DNA of 64,000 nucleotides from a virus: IMG/VR virus record IMGVR_UViG_3300044619_001118, positions 1 to 64,000 of that record; one strand, 5' to 3'. Shown piece by piece: positions 9,379 to 19,613 of this stretch (position 1 is its first letter; each line of letters starts with the position of its first letter). The notes under the pieces were generated by a model. It saw only the letters and a program-made list of their open reading frames with translations, ran no database searches and was not told where the DNA came from. The position numbers and the translations under genes were made by a program.

Positions 9379-12300
9379 ATGATAGTAAAAGCACACACCT
9401 CTATTATTGGTGATACTGGATATAATTGTCATTCCCGTAATTTCTTTAAGGCACTCCATAAGATAACTCCAGTCCAAGTTAGGAACTTTACCGTTGGTTC
9501 TTCTTGGGAAGGATATAATAACAATGAACCACACAACAAAGAATATTACATGGATAATGTTCTTAAAGAAATGTTGGTTGAGCAAACTTTGAACACACCA
9601 AATGGTAGAGAAGAATTTCCTTTGTATCAAAATTACAAAAACGAAGGAAATGTAGATATACACATTGTATTGAATGAGAACAATCATCATTATTTTTACG
9701 ATAATTACGATGGGAAAAAGATTGCTTATAATGTGTGGGAAACAACAAGATACCAAGACGATTTTTTTGAACGTCTTAAAACTTTTGACCAAGTTTGGGT
9801 TCCAACTCAATGGCAAAAAGATTGCACAGTAGAACAAGGGATACCTGAATGGAAAGTTAAAGTTGTTCCCGAAGGTGTTGATGTTAAAACATACAAACCA
9901 AAAAATTATGTTGTTTCTAAACCCGTAAATAGGCCGTTTAGATTTATTCTCGTCGGTAGATGGGATTATAGAAAGGCAACAAAAGAAATAATCGAAACCT
10001 TCACAAAAACATTTTCAGAAGATGAGAATGTTGAACTTCTTATAAATGTTGATAATCCATTTGCATATGATGGTATGAATTCAACTGAAGAGAGATTAGA
10101 ACGATATGGTATCAAACATTCTGGTATAAAGATTCTTCACCATCTTTCAAAAAAAGAATATGTTGAAACTTTAAAATCAGCTGATGTATTTCTTTCTTGT
10201 GCTAGGGGTGAAGGTTGGAATCTTCCACTTATTGAAGCGATGTCTTGTGGTATTCCGTCTCTTTATAGTAATTGGGGTGCACAATTAGAATTTGCAGACG
10301 GACGTGGAGTACCAGTTGATATAGTTGGTGAGGTTCCTGCAAATGTTCAAGGTAATGATAAGTATTTTTCATGGACAAAGGATGCACCTGGTAACTTTAT
10401 AGAACCAGATTTTAAAGACCTTTCTAAAAAAATGAGAGATGTAGTCGATAACTATATAATTCATAAGAAAAAGGCACTGGATGACTCAGATGAAATTCGT
10501 GAAATCTTTACTTGGGAGAATGCTGCAAAGATTGCAAATAAAATTCTACAAGAATTTATGAATGAAGATAGTGGATTTGATGATTCTGTTGCTATTGTTC
10601 TTGCTCATGCAAATACTCCGCGTAGAAGACAATTACTAAAAGATTGCTTATCATCTATAAAAATGAAAACTATACTTTCAACAAATTACACTGTTGATGA
10701 AGAAACTCAAAAAATGGCTGATTGGGTTGTTTACTCGAAAGAAAATCCAATTCTGTTAAAACATGAATTTCAAAAATATGGTGTTGCTTATTTCAGATGG
10801 TGGAACGATGAAAATGGAAATAGAGTAACAGCCCCTTTCGAGTATGAACATGGTTATGCTGCATATGAACTGACAAAAAAAGGTATTCAATATGCAAAAC
10901 TACTTGGTAAAAAAAGAGTTCATATCATAAACTATGATTATATAATATCATCATCAACGTTGAATCAAAACGAAAAATTATTAGACGAAAATGATATAGT
11001 TCTTTATAAGCATGGGGATTGGGACTTTGAACAAACTGCGTATTGTAGTGCTTTCTTTTCTGCTAAGATTGATATTGCTTCATCGTATTTCACAAAATAT
11101 AAATCCAAAGAAGATTATTATCGTTCAATGAGTGGTTTCAATATTTTGGAAATTAATATGGCTAATCATTTTAAAGATTCCCCCTATCGTATTTTTGAAT
11201 CATCTATAAATGACCTTAAAATTGAAAACAAAGTAAATCAAGAACAGGCGGATAACATTACCACCCCATATGTGGAATATGACACGGAATTAAAACAAGA
11301 TAAAAGTATAAAGGAGACAAAAATGGCACACAGAGAGCAACAAGAATATTGTAGTAAAATAAAAGATATATTCCCAGAATATTTTAAGGGAAAACGTGTT
11401 TTAGATATTGGCTCATTGGATATTAATGGGAACAATAAATACCTTTTTGATGGTTGTGATTATTTTGGATTGGATGTTGGTGAAGGAGAAAATGTTGATA
11501 TTGTTTCTGTTGGTCATATATACGATGCACCAAATGAAACGTTCGATACTATTATTTCAACAGAAGTATTTGAACACGATATGTTTTATGAAGAAACTGT
11601 GAAAAACATTATGCGGATGTTGAAACCCGGTGGTTCATTTATTTTTACTTGTGCATCCACCGGCCGACCAGAACATGGGACACGTAAGTCGGATGGGAGT
11701 TTTGCTGCACCACTACTTATACAAATATCGGAAAAATGGTCAGATTATTACAAGAATATTACAGAAAACGATATTCGTATTATAGATGGATTCAATGAGG
11801 CATTTCCAGATGGTGTTTTTGAATATAACTCCGTTTCGGGAGATTTATATTTTTTTGGTGTCAAAGGTGGTATCGAATCCTTAAAAAAACAAATCTCTAT
11901 AAAAAATGTATCTGATGTAGAGGTTTATTTGACCATAGACAGTGCGGATGATTTATTTCTAAATATTGACTCCAAATCAATCGTGAAAAAAGACCAAGAA
12001 ATTATAATCGATATAACTTATGGTGGAGATATTTTATCACATACCGTAAAAACAAATCAACATGAATCAATAAGTCTTGGAAAATACAAACGAGGACATA
12101 CTGTTCGTGTTAGTGAATCTAATATAGAAATTTTTTCAAAATTCTTAGAAAAAACACCAGAATCATTTAGACGACGTAATAGATTATTCGGTCTTGGTGT
12201 GGATGCAGGTGATGAGAATAAAATCTTTATGAATTTTGTAAACGGCCCATTTATAGAAATAAAAGGAAGTCAAGAATCTACATATATCGTTAAATTTATT

Positions 12301-13317
12301 GATGACGATAGTGAAAAGATTATTTATCAGACCACTATTAAAAATAATCAATGGGCTATGTGTAATAGAAAATGGTTTGTTAATTGGAGAATAAGGATTG
12401 AGTATGAAAACGGTAAATTTTATGATTATAAAATCGATTTAAAAAATAGACGAGTATTTATCGTTTTTGAATCATCATCACTCGGTGACACAATTGCATG
12501 GATACCTTACGTTGAAGAGTTCAGAAAGAAACATGGATGTAATGTAATTGTTTCCACGTTCCATAATGAACTATTCCAATTACAATATCCTGAAATTGAA
12601 TTTGTAAAACCAGGGACAACTGTAAATAATTTGTATGGACTTTATCGTCTTGGATGGTTCCATGATGGAAATAATCCAAATTATTCTATGAATAAATCTG
12701 ACTTCACAAAGATACCGCTTCAACAAACAGCAACAGACATTCTTGGTTTAGATTTTGAAGAAATACGTCCTCGTATGAAATCAATCGAACCGATGAAATC
12801 AGATAAACCATACATTTGTATTGCAAATCATTCGACTGCTCAATCGAAGTATTGGAACAATCCAACAGGTTGGCAAGAGTTAGTTGATTATGTCAAAGAA
12901 CTTGGTTATGATGTCTATCTTCTATCCAAAGAAGAAGACGGTTACATGGGTAATAAAAATCCAAAGGGTGTAATAAAAGTTGACGGAAAAACATTAGAAG
13001 AGATTGGTTCTATTCTTCTTGGTAGTAAAGGATTCATTGGACTTGGAAGTGGATTGTCATGGTTCTCTTGGGCTTTGGAGGTTCCAACCATTCTCATAAG
13101 TGGTTTCTCCGAGACATATCAAGAAATGAAGTCGGTATATCGAATAATAAATGAGTCTGTTTGTCATGGATGTTTTGCTCGTCATACATTCGATAAGGGT
13201 GATTGGAATTGGTGCCCAGACCATAAAAATACAGATAGACAATTTGAATGTACAAAAGAAATATCGTTTGAAATGATTAAGCCAAATGTAAACAAAATAT
13301 TAGGACTAAATAGATAA
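9379..13317 (+). CDS. Multidomain enzyme: GT4-like glycosyltransferase + unknown domain + class I SAM methyltransferase + Aah/TibC-like protein O-heptosyltransferase domain
   Basis: GT4: VGRWDYRK, EGWNLPLIEAMSCG. MTase: VLDIGSLDING, STEVFEHD. Aah/TibC-like C-terminus: SLGDTIAW.PY.EEFRKKH.C, YICIANHST..KYWNNPTGW, FIGLGSGLSW, LISGFS, CHGC..WCP.H..FEC. Confidence 0.85.
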   Translation: MIVKAHTSIIGDTGYNCHSRNFFKALHKITPVQVRNFTVGSSWEGYNNNEPHNKEYYMDNVLKEMLVEQTLNTPNGREEFPLYQNYKNEGNVDIHIVLNENNHHYFYDNYDGKKIAYNVWETTRYQDDFFERLKTFDQVWVPTQWQKDCTVEQGIPEWKVKVVPEGVDVKTYKPKNYVVSKPVNRPFRFILVGRWDYRKATKEIIETFTKTFSEDENVELLINVDNPFAYDGMNSTEERLERYGIKHSGIKILHHLSKKEYVETLKSADVFLSCARGEGWNLPLIEAMSCGIPSLYSNWGAQLEFADGRGVPVDIVGEVPANVQGNDKYFSWTKDAPGNFIEPDFKDLSKKMRDVVDNYIIHKKKALDDSDEIREIFTWENAAKIANKILQEFMNEDSGFDDSVAIVLAHANTPRRRQLLKDCLSSIKMKTILSTNYTVDEETQKMADWVVYSKENPILLKHEFQKYGVAYFRWWNDENGNRVTAPFEYEHGYAAYELTKKGIQYAKLLGKKRVHIINYDYIISSSTLNQNEKLLDENDIVLYKHGDWDFEQTAYCSAFFSAKIDIASSYFTKYKSKEDYYRSMSGFNILEINMANHFKDSPYRIFESSINDLKIENKVNQEQADNITTPYVEYDTELKQDKSIKETKMAHREQQEYCSKIKDIFPEYFKGKRVLDIGSLDINGNNKYLFDGCDYFGLDVGEGENVDIVSVGHIYDAPNETFDTIISTEVFEHDMFYEETVKNIMRMLKPGGSFIFTCASTGRPEHGTRKSDGSFAAPLLIQISEKWSDYYKNITENDIRIIDGFNEAFPDGVFEYNSVSGDLYFFGVKGGIESLKKQISIKNVSDVEVYLTIDSADDLFLNIDSKSIVKKDQEIIIDITYGGDILSHTVKTNQHESISLGKYKRGHTVRVSESNIEIFSKFLEKTPESFRRRNRLFGLGVDAGDENKIFMNFVNGPFIEIKGSQESTYIVKFIDDDSEKIIYQTTIKNNQWAMCNRKWFVNWRIRIEYENGKFYDYKIDLKNRRVFIVFESSSLGDTIAWIPYVEEFRKKHGCNVIVSTFHNELFQLQYPEIEFVKPGTTVNNLYGLYRLGWFHDGNNPNYSMNKSDFTKIPLQQTATDILGLDFEEIRPRMKSIEPMKSDKPYICIANHSTAQSKYWNNPTGWQELVDYVKELGYDVYLLSKEEDGYMGNKNPKGVIKVDGKTLEEIGSILLGSKGFIGLGSGLSWFSWALEVPTILISGFSETYQEMKSVYRIINESVCHGCFARHTFDKGDWNWCPDHKNTDRQFECTKEISFEMIKPNVNKILGLNR

Positions 13318-13356
13318 CTTCATATTTATAGATATATTAATCTTATCATGGAGTAG

Positions 13357-14610
13357 TTGTTGGCAACATGGAATAAAATACTAGTTAGTGGGAGTAACGC
13401 AGAACTATCTGCGATTACTTCTTCGGCAGGTATATTAAGTTCTGGGTCTATAAGACTATCAAGTGGTAGTGAGTTATTAGGAACTGCCTCATACGCTAGA
13501 AATTCAGCTATTAAATATCTAACTAGTAGTGTTCAAGATTTAACTAGTATAGAAGTAGCCGACTATGATAACAATATTGCAGTCACATTTATAAATGGTA
13601 GTTTAAAATTTATTTTTGGAACACCAACCGTTCCGTCTAGTATTGTACTTTCAACGAGTGGATTTAATGCAAACCGATTCAATTTAGAAAATGATAATTA
13701 CGATGTTAACGGCACTTGGAATAATGGTGGATATACAATACTATCTGCCTCATTATATACTGGTTCTGTATTGTTAACAGAAGTTTATAGTGGAACATCT
13801 TTGACTTCAAATTTAACAACAAGTGGTTCCCAATCGTATAGATTGCAATATACCGCAAGTTCTCCACTTGACGGTAGTATATACTCCGGCTCAGCTACTG
13901 CGACTGGAACACTTTCAAAAACGAATCCAACCAGTCCTGTTCAAACAGAAACTGGAACTATTCAATTGGGTGTCACTTCAAATCAAATTGAACAAGGTGC
14001 AACTGGAAGTATTGCAATATCATCAGTAACAAGTTCAGCTAATAGTTGGACTATAACTTCATTCGTTGCAACTGGTTCATTTGCATCAACAACAATACCT
14101 TTGTTTGGAAATTCAAATGGTGTGCAAGCAACTGGAACAGTTTTTGTAACAGGTTCAGCAACCGGTTCATCTGCTATAACGATAACAACAACCGCAAATT
14201 ATAACTCCGGTATATTAAATAATCCAGTTGTAACTACATCTGTAACCGATACTATTACTTATTCTAAAATTCGTAGTTTACGTTCTGGTGCATCTCCGTC
14301 ATCAAGTTTTTCATCATCGGAATTGGAAACATTATCTTTGTGGGATACTACACTTGGTGGAAATGTTGGAACGATTTCAAAAGGAACAACGACTGCATCT
14401 GGTCAAAGTGTGACAATAACATGGACAGGTGATAAATATCATTACATTGTGTTTAATTCATCACTTTCAAACTTGACAAATATTACAACTGCTGGATTCG
14501 GTGTATTATCTTCATTTACACTGAGTACGGTTGGTAGCTATAAAGTTTATAGAACAAATACATTACAAGCCGGTGGTGCCGGAACATCAATAACATATGT
14601 CTTAACCTAA
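13357..14610 (+). CDS. Ser/Thr-rich virion structural protein
   Basis: 417 aa beta-rich; N-terminus (M)ATWNKILVSGSNAEL; GGAG upstream of a TTG start; fibre gene context. Confidence 0.6.
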   Translation: MLATWNKILVSGSNAELSAITSSAGILSSGSIRLSSGSELLGTASYARNSAIKYLTSSVQDLTSIEVADYDNNIAVTFINGSLKFIFGTPTVPSSIVLSTSGFNANRFNLENDNYDVNGTWNNGGYTILSASLYTGSVLLTEVYSGTSLTSNLTTSGSQSYRLQYTASSPLDGSIYSGSATATGTLSKTNPTSPVQTETGTIQLGVTSNQIEQGATGSIAISSVTSSANSWTITSFVATGSFASTTIPLFGNSNGVQATGTVFVTGSATGSSAITITTTANYNSGILNNPVVTTSVTDTITYSKIRSLRSGASPSSSFSSSELETLSLWDTTLGGNVGTISKGTTTASGQSVTITWTGDKYHYIVFNSSLSNLTNITTAGFGVLSSFTLSTVGSYKVYRTNTLQAGGAGTSITYVLT

Positions 14611-14621
14611 AGAGATAATAA

Positions 14622-17600
14622 ATGCCAATTATATTACCTAGTGGATTTCAGATAACCAACAACGAGCCTGCGGATTCGAGGTACTCCGTTGCTAACTCTG
14701 CATCTCGTTTAGGATTTTCTGCCGCAAATGTTTATGAGGGATTGACGGTATATCAAAGAGATACAAACAAATATTACATATTAATTGATACGGGTAGTTA
14801 TAATTCTGAATCTGGTTGGCAGGAAGTTGGAAGTGTTATGCAAACTGGTTCGTTTGCAACAACTGGTTCAAATATTTTTATAGGAACCGAAACTATAAGT
14901 GGGTCTTTGAACATATCTGGTTCATTGACGATAAACGGAACATCATACACTGCAGCAACTTCAGGGACATCTGGCACATCGGGAACTTCAGGAAGTTCAG
15001 GAACATCTGGCACTTCTGGTTCTTCAGGAACATCAGGTTCATCTGGTACTTCTGGTTCATCGGGGAGTTCAGGAACTTCAGGTTCATCTGGTACTTCTGG
15101 TTCTTCAGGAACATCAGGAACGTCTGGTTCATCAGGAACGTCTGGTTCATCAGGAACATCAGGTTCATCTGGTACTTCTGGTTCATCAGGAACGTCGGGC
15201 TCATCAGGAACTTCTGGTTCTTCAGGAACATCGGGTTCTTCAGGAACATCGGGTTCTTCAGGAACATCTGGTACATCTGGCTCCTCAGGAACATCTGGCA
15301 CATCTGGCTCCTCAGGAACATCTGGTTCATCTGGAACTTCAGGTTCATCAGGAACATCTGGTACTTCTGGTTCTTCAGGAACTTCCGGTTCATCGGGAAC
15401 ATCTGGTTCAAGTGGTACATCGGGAACTGGATTTAACACAATATCAAATCCGTCCGATAACAGAGTTTTAACATCAGATGGAACTACAAATGCAGCTTCG
15501 GCAGAATCTAATCTAACATTTGATGGGACAACTTTAACAGTTACTGGCGATGCAGTTGTTACTGGTAAACTGACTGTACAAGAATTTTATACAGAATTAG
15601 TATCATCTTCAATAATTTTTGAAAGTGGTTCGACTAAGTTTGGTAATTCATTCGATGATACACACCAATTTACAGGTTCACTTCTTACATCTGGGTCGAA
15701 TGTATTTATCGGTATTCAAACTGTAACTGGTTCTTTACGCACAAGTGGTTCTAATACTCTTATTGGTAATACCGAACTCACCGGTTCATTTAATGTAAGT
15801 GGTAGTCAAGCTTTTGTTGGCACTCAAACTGTAACTGGTTCACTTCTCACATCTGGCTCCAGTGTTCTTGTTGGTAACACTCAACTTACAGGTTCATTTG
15901 ATTTGACGGGTAGTCAAAATACAACTGGATATATCGGTTTCCTTCCAGTTGGGGCATTACCAATTCGAACAGACCAAACTGCTTCTTATATCTACACAAG
16001 TGGCTCAACGAATGACCTTTACTTTACACAACAACAAGGACCATTTACAAACACTACTCGTCTTCGTTGGCTGGAAGGTAATCTATATACTGGTCTGTTA
16101 CACGGTGGTAGAATAACATCCGCATCCGCAACAACATTTAATGTTAGTTCTGGTAGTGGTATAATTGTTAATCTAAACGCTTCACTTACAGATGACCCGT
16201 ACCCAACTATTAAGTTTTTAAGATGGGACACATTCCAAAGTCAATCACTGATAAATCTAACATCAAGTATTCAAACATTCTTAGGTATAGATTCAAATGC
16301 ACAAATAATCCAACAAACTGTACCGTGGAACAATGGCGAATATAACACTTCTCTTCAACTTGGGACAGTTCTTCACCAAAATTTATCAACTATAAATGGA
16401 ACAATTTCTTACCCAAATGTTGCATACGGATACAAACAAAGAACTTATGACTTCATAAAGGCATTCGGTCCACTAAAACTTTCTGGATATACAATTGTAC
16501 CAAGTTCTTCTCTTGGTCTTAATGTTGGTAGTGGAACTGCATTTGCAGATGGTAGAAATTATCAAACAGATCCAAATAATCCAAGTTATATAGTTGATCC
16601 TGGAACTGCGGTATCTAAAATATTTAGATATTACCAATCTGGTTCTGGATTCGTTCAAGATACAAACGGTGGTCTCGGTTACACGGTAATTGATCCGGCT
16701 AATTATAATCTTAATGGTACACTAACCGCTGTACCGGGTGGTGGCTCGAACAGACAATGGTCTATACAGAGAGTTTTCTGGTATCCGAATTCAGCAACAA
16801 AAGGTATTGTTGTTTATTATGGAAACGCAACATATGAATCCGCAACAGTTGCTATTGCAAATCTTCCATTTGAAACATTTAATGAAGTAGAAAATACAAA
16901 ACAAAATGCCATTTATTTAGGTGCAATGGCACTTAGAAATAATGCCGATTTTACAGATTCAACTTCCTATGTAATTTTACCTGGTGGTATATTCCGTTCC
17001 GTTGGTGGTCAAGGTGGTGGTGGAAATGTTCCAACAACAAGATTAACAGACTTATCTGACGTTGAAACAATTGGTGTTTTAGACGGTGATGTATTAGTTT
17101 ACGATGGTAATGCTAATATTTGGAGACATAATAAAACATTAACCGGAAATTATGCAGTAACTGGTTCTATTAATATAAGTGGTTCACTTGTAATAAATGG
17201 AACGTCATATATGGCAGCAACCTCTGGAACATCAGGAACATCTGGTATAAATGGCACATCTGGCTCTTCTGGAACGTCGGGAAGTTCAGGAACTTCTGGT
17301 TCATCGGGAACATCAGGTACTTCTGGTTCCTCTGGAACTTCTGGTTCTTCAGGTACTTCTGGTTCAAGTGGCACATCTGGTGAATCAGGCACATCAGGAA
17401 GTTCAGGGACTTCAGGTTCATCGGGAACCTCTGGTTCTTCTGGAACATCAGGAACCTCTGGTGAATCAGGAACGTCAGGTTCATCAGGAACGTCAGGTTC
17501 ATCAGGAACGTCAGGTTCATCAGGAACATCTGGTTCTTCTGGAACATCTGGAACAGGATTTGATACAATAAACAATCCATCAAACGGTAGAGTTTTACTT

Positions 17601-19613
17601 TCCGATGGTACAACAAATGCAGCTACTGCGTCTTCAAATATAACATTTATTGGTAATACATTTAATGTTACCGGTGATGCTATTATTAGCGGAAAACTAA
17701 CAGCACAAGAATTTTATACGGAATACGTTTCTTCTTCTATTATTTTTGAAAGTGGGTCTACCAAATTTGGAGATTCTCTCGATGATATACATGATATAAC
17801 GGGAAGTTTAAAAATTACTGGTAGTGTTTCTGTACGAGATTTGTCATTAAACAATTTATCTAAATTTGTTGTTTATGACGATATAACTGGTCAATTCTAT
17901 TACAACAATGCTGGTGCCGCCGGTTCAAGTGGAACATCTGGAACATCTGGGACATCTGGTCAAACTGGTACATCTGGAACTTCTGGTGTAAATGGAACAT
18001 CGGGGTCATCTGGTAACTCAGGAACCTCAGGTTCATCAGGAACATCAGGTTCTTCAGGAACATCAGGTTCTTCAGGAACATCAGGTTCATCTGGTGAATC
18101 GGGAACCTCAGGTTCATCAGGAACTTCAGGTTCATCTGGTAATTCAGGAACATCAGGTTCATCAGGAACTTCAGGTTCATCGGGTAACTCAGGAACCTCA
18201 GGTTCATCAGGAACATCTGGTTCATCGGGTAATTCAGGAACATCTGGGTCTTCTGGGACATCTGGTTCATCTGGTAATTCAGGAACATCAGGTTCGTCTG
18301 GAACCTCAGGTTCATCTGGTAATTCTGGAACGTCTGGGTCTTCTGGAACATCAGGAAATTCAGGAACTTCAGGTTCATCGGGTAATTCAGGAACATCTGG
18401 TTCGTCTGGAACTTCTGGTGTAAATGGAACATCAGGTTCATCAGGAACTTCCGGCTCATCGGGTAATTCAGGAACTTCGGGTTCATCGGGAACTTCTGGC
18501 TCATCGGGTAATTCAGGAACATCTGGAAGTTCGGGAACTTCTGGTGTAAATGGAACATCTGGAAGTTCGGGAACTTCTGGTGTAAATGGAACATCTGGAA
18601 GTTCTGGAACTTCTGGTGTAAATGGGACATCGGGTTCATCAGGCACTTCTGGTATATCTGGTGCATCGGGAACTTCAGGTTCATCAGGAACATCAGGTTC
18701 ATCTGGTAATTCAGGAACTTCAGGTTCATCAGGAACATCAGGTTCATCTGGTAATTCAGGAACTTCAGGTTCATCAGGAACATCAGGAACATCAGGAAAT
18801 TCAGGAACTTCTGGTTCATCGGGTAATTCAGGAACTTCAGGTTCATCAGGAACATCGGGTTCTTCTGGTAATTCAGGAACATCAGGAAGTTCAGGAACTT
18901 CTGGTGTAAATGGAACATCAGGTTCTTCTGGTAATTCAGGAACGTCTGGGTCTTCAGGTACATCCGGTGCAGGGTTCAACACGATAAACAACGCTGGTAC
19001 TTTCCGTGTTCTACTATCGGATGGTACAACAAATGCAGCTACTGCCTCATCGAATCTATCTATAAACGGTACTGCTTTATCACTCACAGGTTCAGCCACA
19101 ATTTCAAGTTCCGCCAACTCACAACTTACTCTTATTGGTTCAGGTTCATCTAACCCAATCTTTAAGGTACAAGGTTCTCTTGGTGAATTGTTTGCGGTAA
19201 CAGATTCAATGTCAGGTTCCCTTTTCTCCGTCAATGATATTTCAGGTCTTCCAATACTTGAAGTATTCTCGGATAATAGAATCCTTATGGGTGATATACA
19301 AGCCCCATCACTTTATACAACAAAGAGAAACTCACTTTCAACGGGTGTAACAACACTTTATAGTGTACCGACGGGTTCTTACAATAGTGCTCACGTTGAG
19401 TATAATTGTGTGAGTGCCTCCAACGGAAGAGCTGGTACATTTACTGCATTTTGGATTGGTAGTACACTACAATTCAACGAAGTTTCAACAGTGGATGTTG
19501 GAAACTCAACAACACTAACTCTTTCAGGTAGTATATCGGGTGGAAACTTTAACTTACAGGCTTCTGCTTCAAGTGCATCATGGGTACTAAAGACAATTAT
19601 TAGAGGTGTGTAA
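14622..19613 (+). CDS. Long fibre/appendage protein with three Gly-X-Ser triplet tracts
   Basis: 1663 aa; tracts at ~14961-15430, ~17221-17556 and ~17913-18972, each followed by GF(N/D)TI.N....RVL.SDGTTNAA.A; two SGSTKFG...DD.H modules. Confidence 0.7.
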   Translation: MPIILPSGFQITNNEPADSRYSVANSASRLGFSAANVYEGLTVYQRDTNKYYILIDTGSYNSESGWQEVGSVMQTGSFATTGSNIFIGTETISGSLNISGSLTINGTSYTAATSGTSGTSGTSGSSGTSGTSGSSGTSGSSGTSGSSGSSGTSGSSGTSGSSGTSGTSGSSGTSGSSGTSGSSGTSGSSGTSGSSGTSGSSGTSGSSGTSGSSGTSGTSGSSGTSGTSGSSGTSGSSGTSGSSGTSGTSGSSGTSGSSGTSGSSGTSGTGFNTISNPSDNRVLTSDGTTNAASAESNLTFDGTTLTVTGDAVVTGKLTVQEFYTELVSSSIIFESGSTKFGNSFDDTHQFTGSLLTSGSNVFIGIQTVTGSLRTSGSNTLIGNTELTGSFNVSGSQAFVGTQTVTGSLLTSGSSVLVGNTQLTGSFDLTGSQNTTGYIGFLPVGALPIRTDQTASYIYTSGSTNDLYFTQQQGPFTNTTRLRWLEGNLYTGLLHGGRITSASATTFNVSSGSGIIVNLNASLTDDPYPTIKFLRWDTFQSQSLINLTSSIQTFLGIDSNAQIIQQTVPWNNGEYNTSLQLGTVLHQNLSTINGTISYPNVAYGYKQRTYDFIKAFGPLKLSGYTIVPSSSLGLNVGSGTAFADGRNYQTDPNNPSYIVDPGTAVSKIFRYYQSGSGFVQDTNGGLGYTVIDPANYNLNGTLTAVPGGGSNRQWSIQRVFWYPNSATKGIVVYYGNATYESATVAIANLPFETFNEVENTKQNAIYLGAMALRNNADFTDSTSYVILPGGIFRSVGGQGGGGNVPTTRLTDLSDVETIGVLDGDVLVYDGNANIWRHNKTLTGNYAVTGSINISGSLVINGTSYMAATSGTSGTSGINGTSGSSGTSGSSGTSGSSGTSGTSGSSGTSGSSGTSGSSGTSGESGTSGSSGTSGSSGTSGSSGTSGTSGESGTSGSSGTSGSSGTSGSSGTSGSSGTSGTGFDTINNPSNGRVLLSDGTTNAATASSNITFIGNTFNVTGDAIISGKLTAQEFYTEYVSSSIIFESGSTKFGDSLDDIHDITGSLKITGSVSVRDLSLNNLSKFVVYDDITGQFYYNNAGAAGSSGTSGTSGTSGQTGTSGTSGVNGTSGSSGNSGTSGSSGTSGSSGTSGSSGTSGSSGESGTSGSSGTSGSSGNSGTSGSSGTSGSSGNSGTSGSSGTSGSSGNSGTSGSSGTSGSSGNSGTSGSSGTSGSSGNSGTSGSSGTSGNSGTSGSSGNSGTSGSSGTSGVNGTSGSSGTSGSSGNSGTSGSSGTSGSSGNSGTSGSSGTSGVNGTSGSSGTSGVNGTSGSSGTSGVNGTSGSSGTSGISGASGTSGSSGTSGSSGNSGTSGSSGTSGSSGNSGTSGSSGTSGTSGNSGTSGSSGNSGTSGSSGTSGSSGNSGTSGSSGTSGVNGTSGSSGNSGTSGSSGTSGAGFNTINNAGTFRVLLSDGTTNAATASSNLSINGTALSLTGSATISSSANSQLTLIGSGSSNPIFKVQGSLGELFAVTDSMSGSLFSVNDISGLPILEVFSDNRILMGDIQAPSLYTTKRNSLSTGVTTLYSVPTGSYNSAHVEYNCVSASNGRAGTFTAFWIGSTLQFNEVSTVDVGNSTTLTLSGSISGGNFNLQASASSASWVLKTIIRGV
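14961..15430 (+). repeat. Coding 9/18-bp degenerate tandem repeat encoding (GTS/GSS)n
   Basis: Units such as tcaggaacatctggttca with synonymous variation; Gly at every third residue. Confidence 0.9.
17913..18972 (+). repeat. Longest coding Gly-X-Y tract (~350 aa; GTS/GSS/GNS/GVN)
   Basis: Unbroken Gly-every-third register in the 14622 ORF. Confidence 0.9.

Noticed and set aside
9379-13317. DNA hypermodification role for the glycosyltransferases (T4 glucosyltransferase-like)
   Set aside because: No base-modifying enzymes nearby, context is virion fibres, and the Aah/TibC-like domain belongs to a protein-modifying family. Disfavoured, not excluded.
14798-19234. Long minus-strand and alternate-frame ORFs (PEVPDEP..., MFLMNLK..., HQEHQV...) over the Ser/Gly tracts, also at 5720-6328
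   Set aside because: Shadows of the stop-poor 9-bp coding repeat; no independent start signals, and they end where the tracts end.
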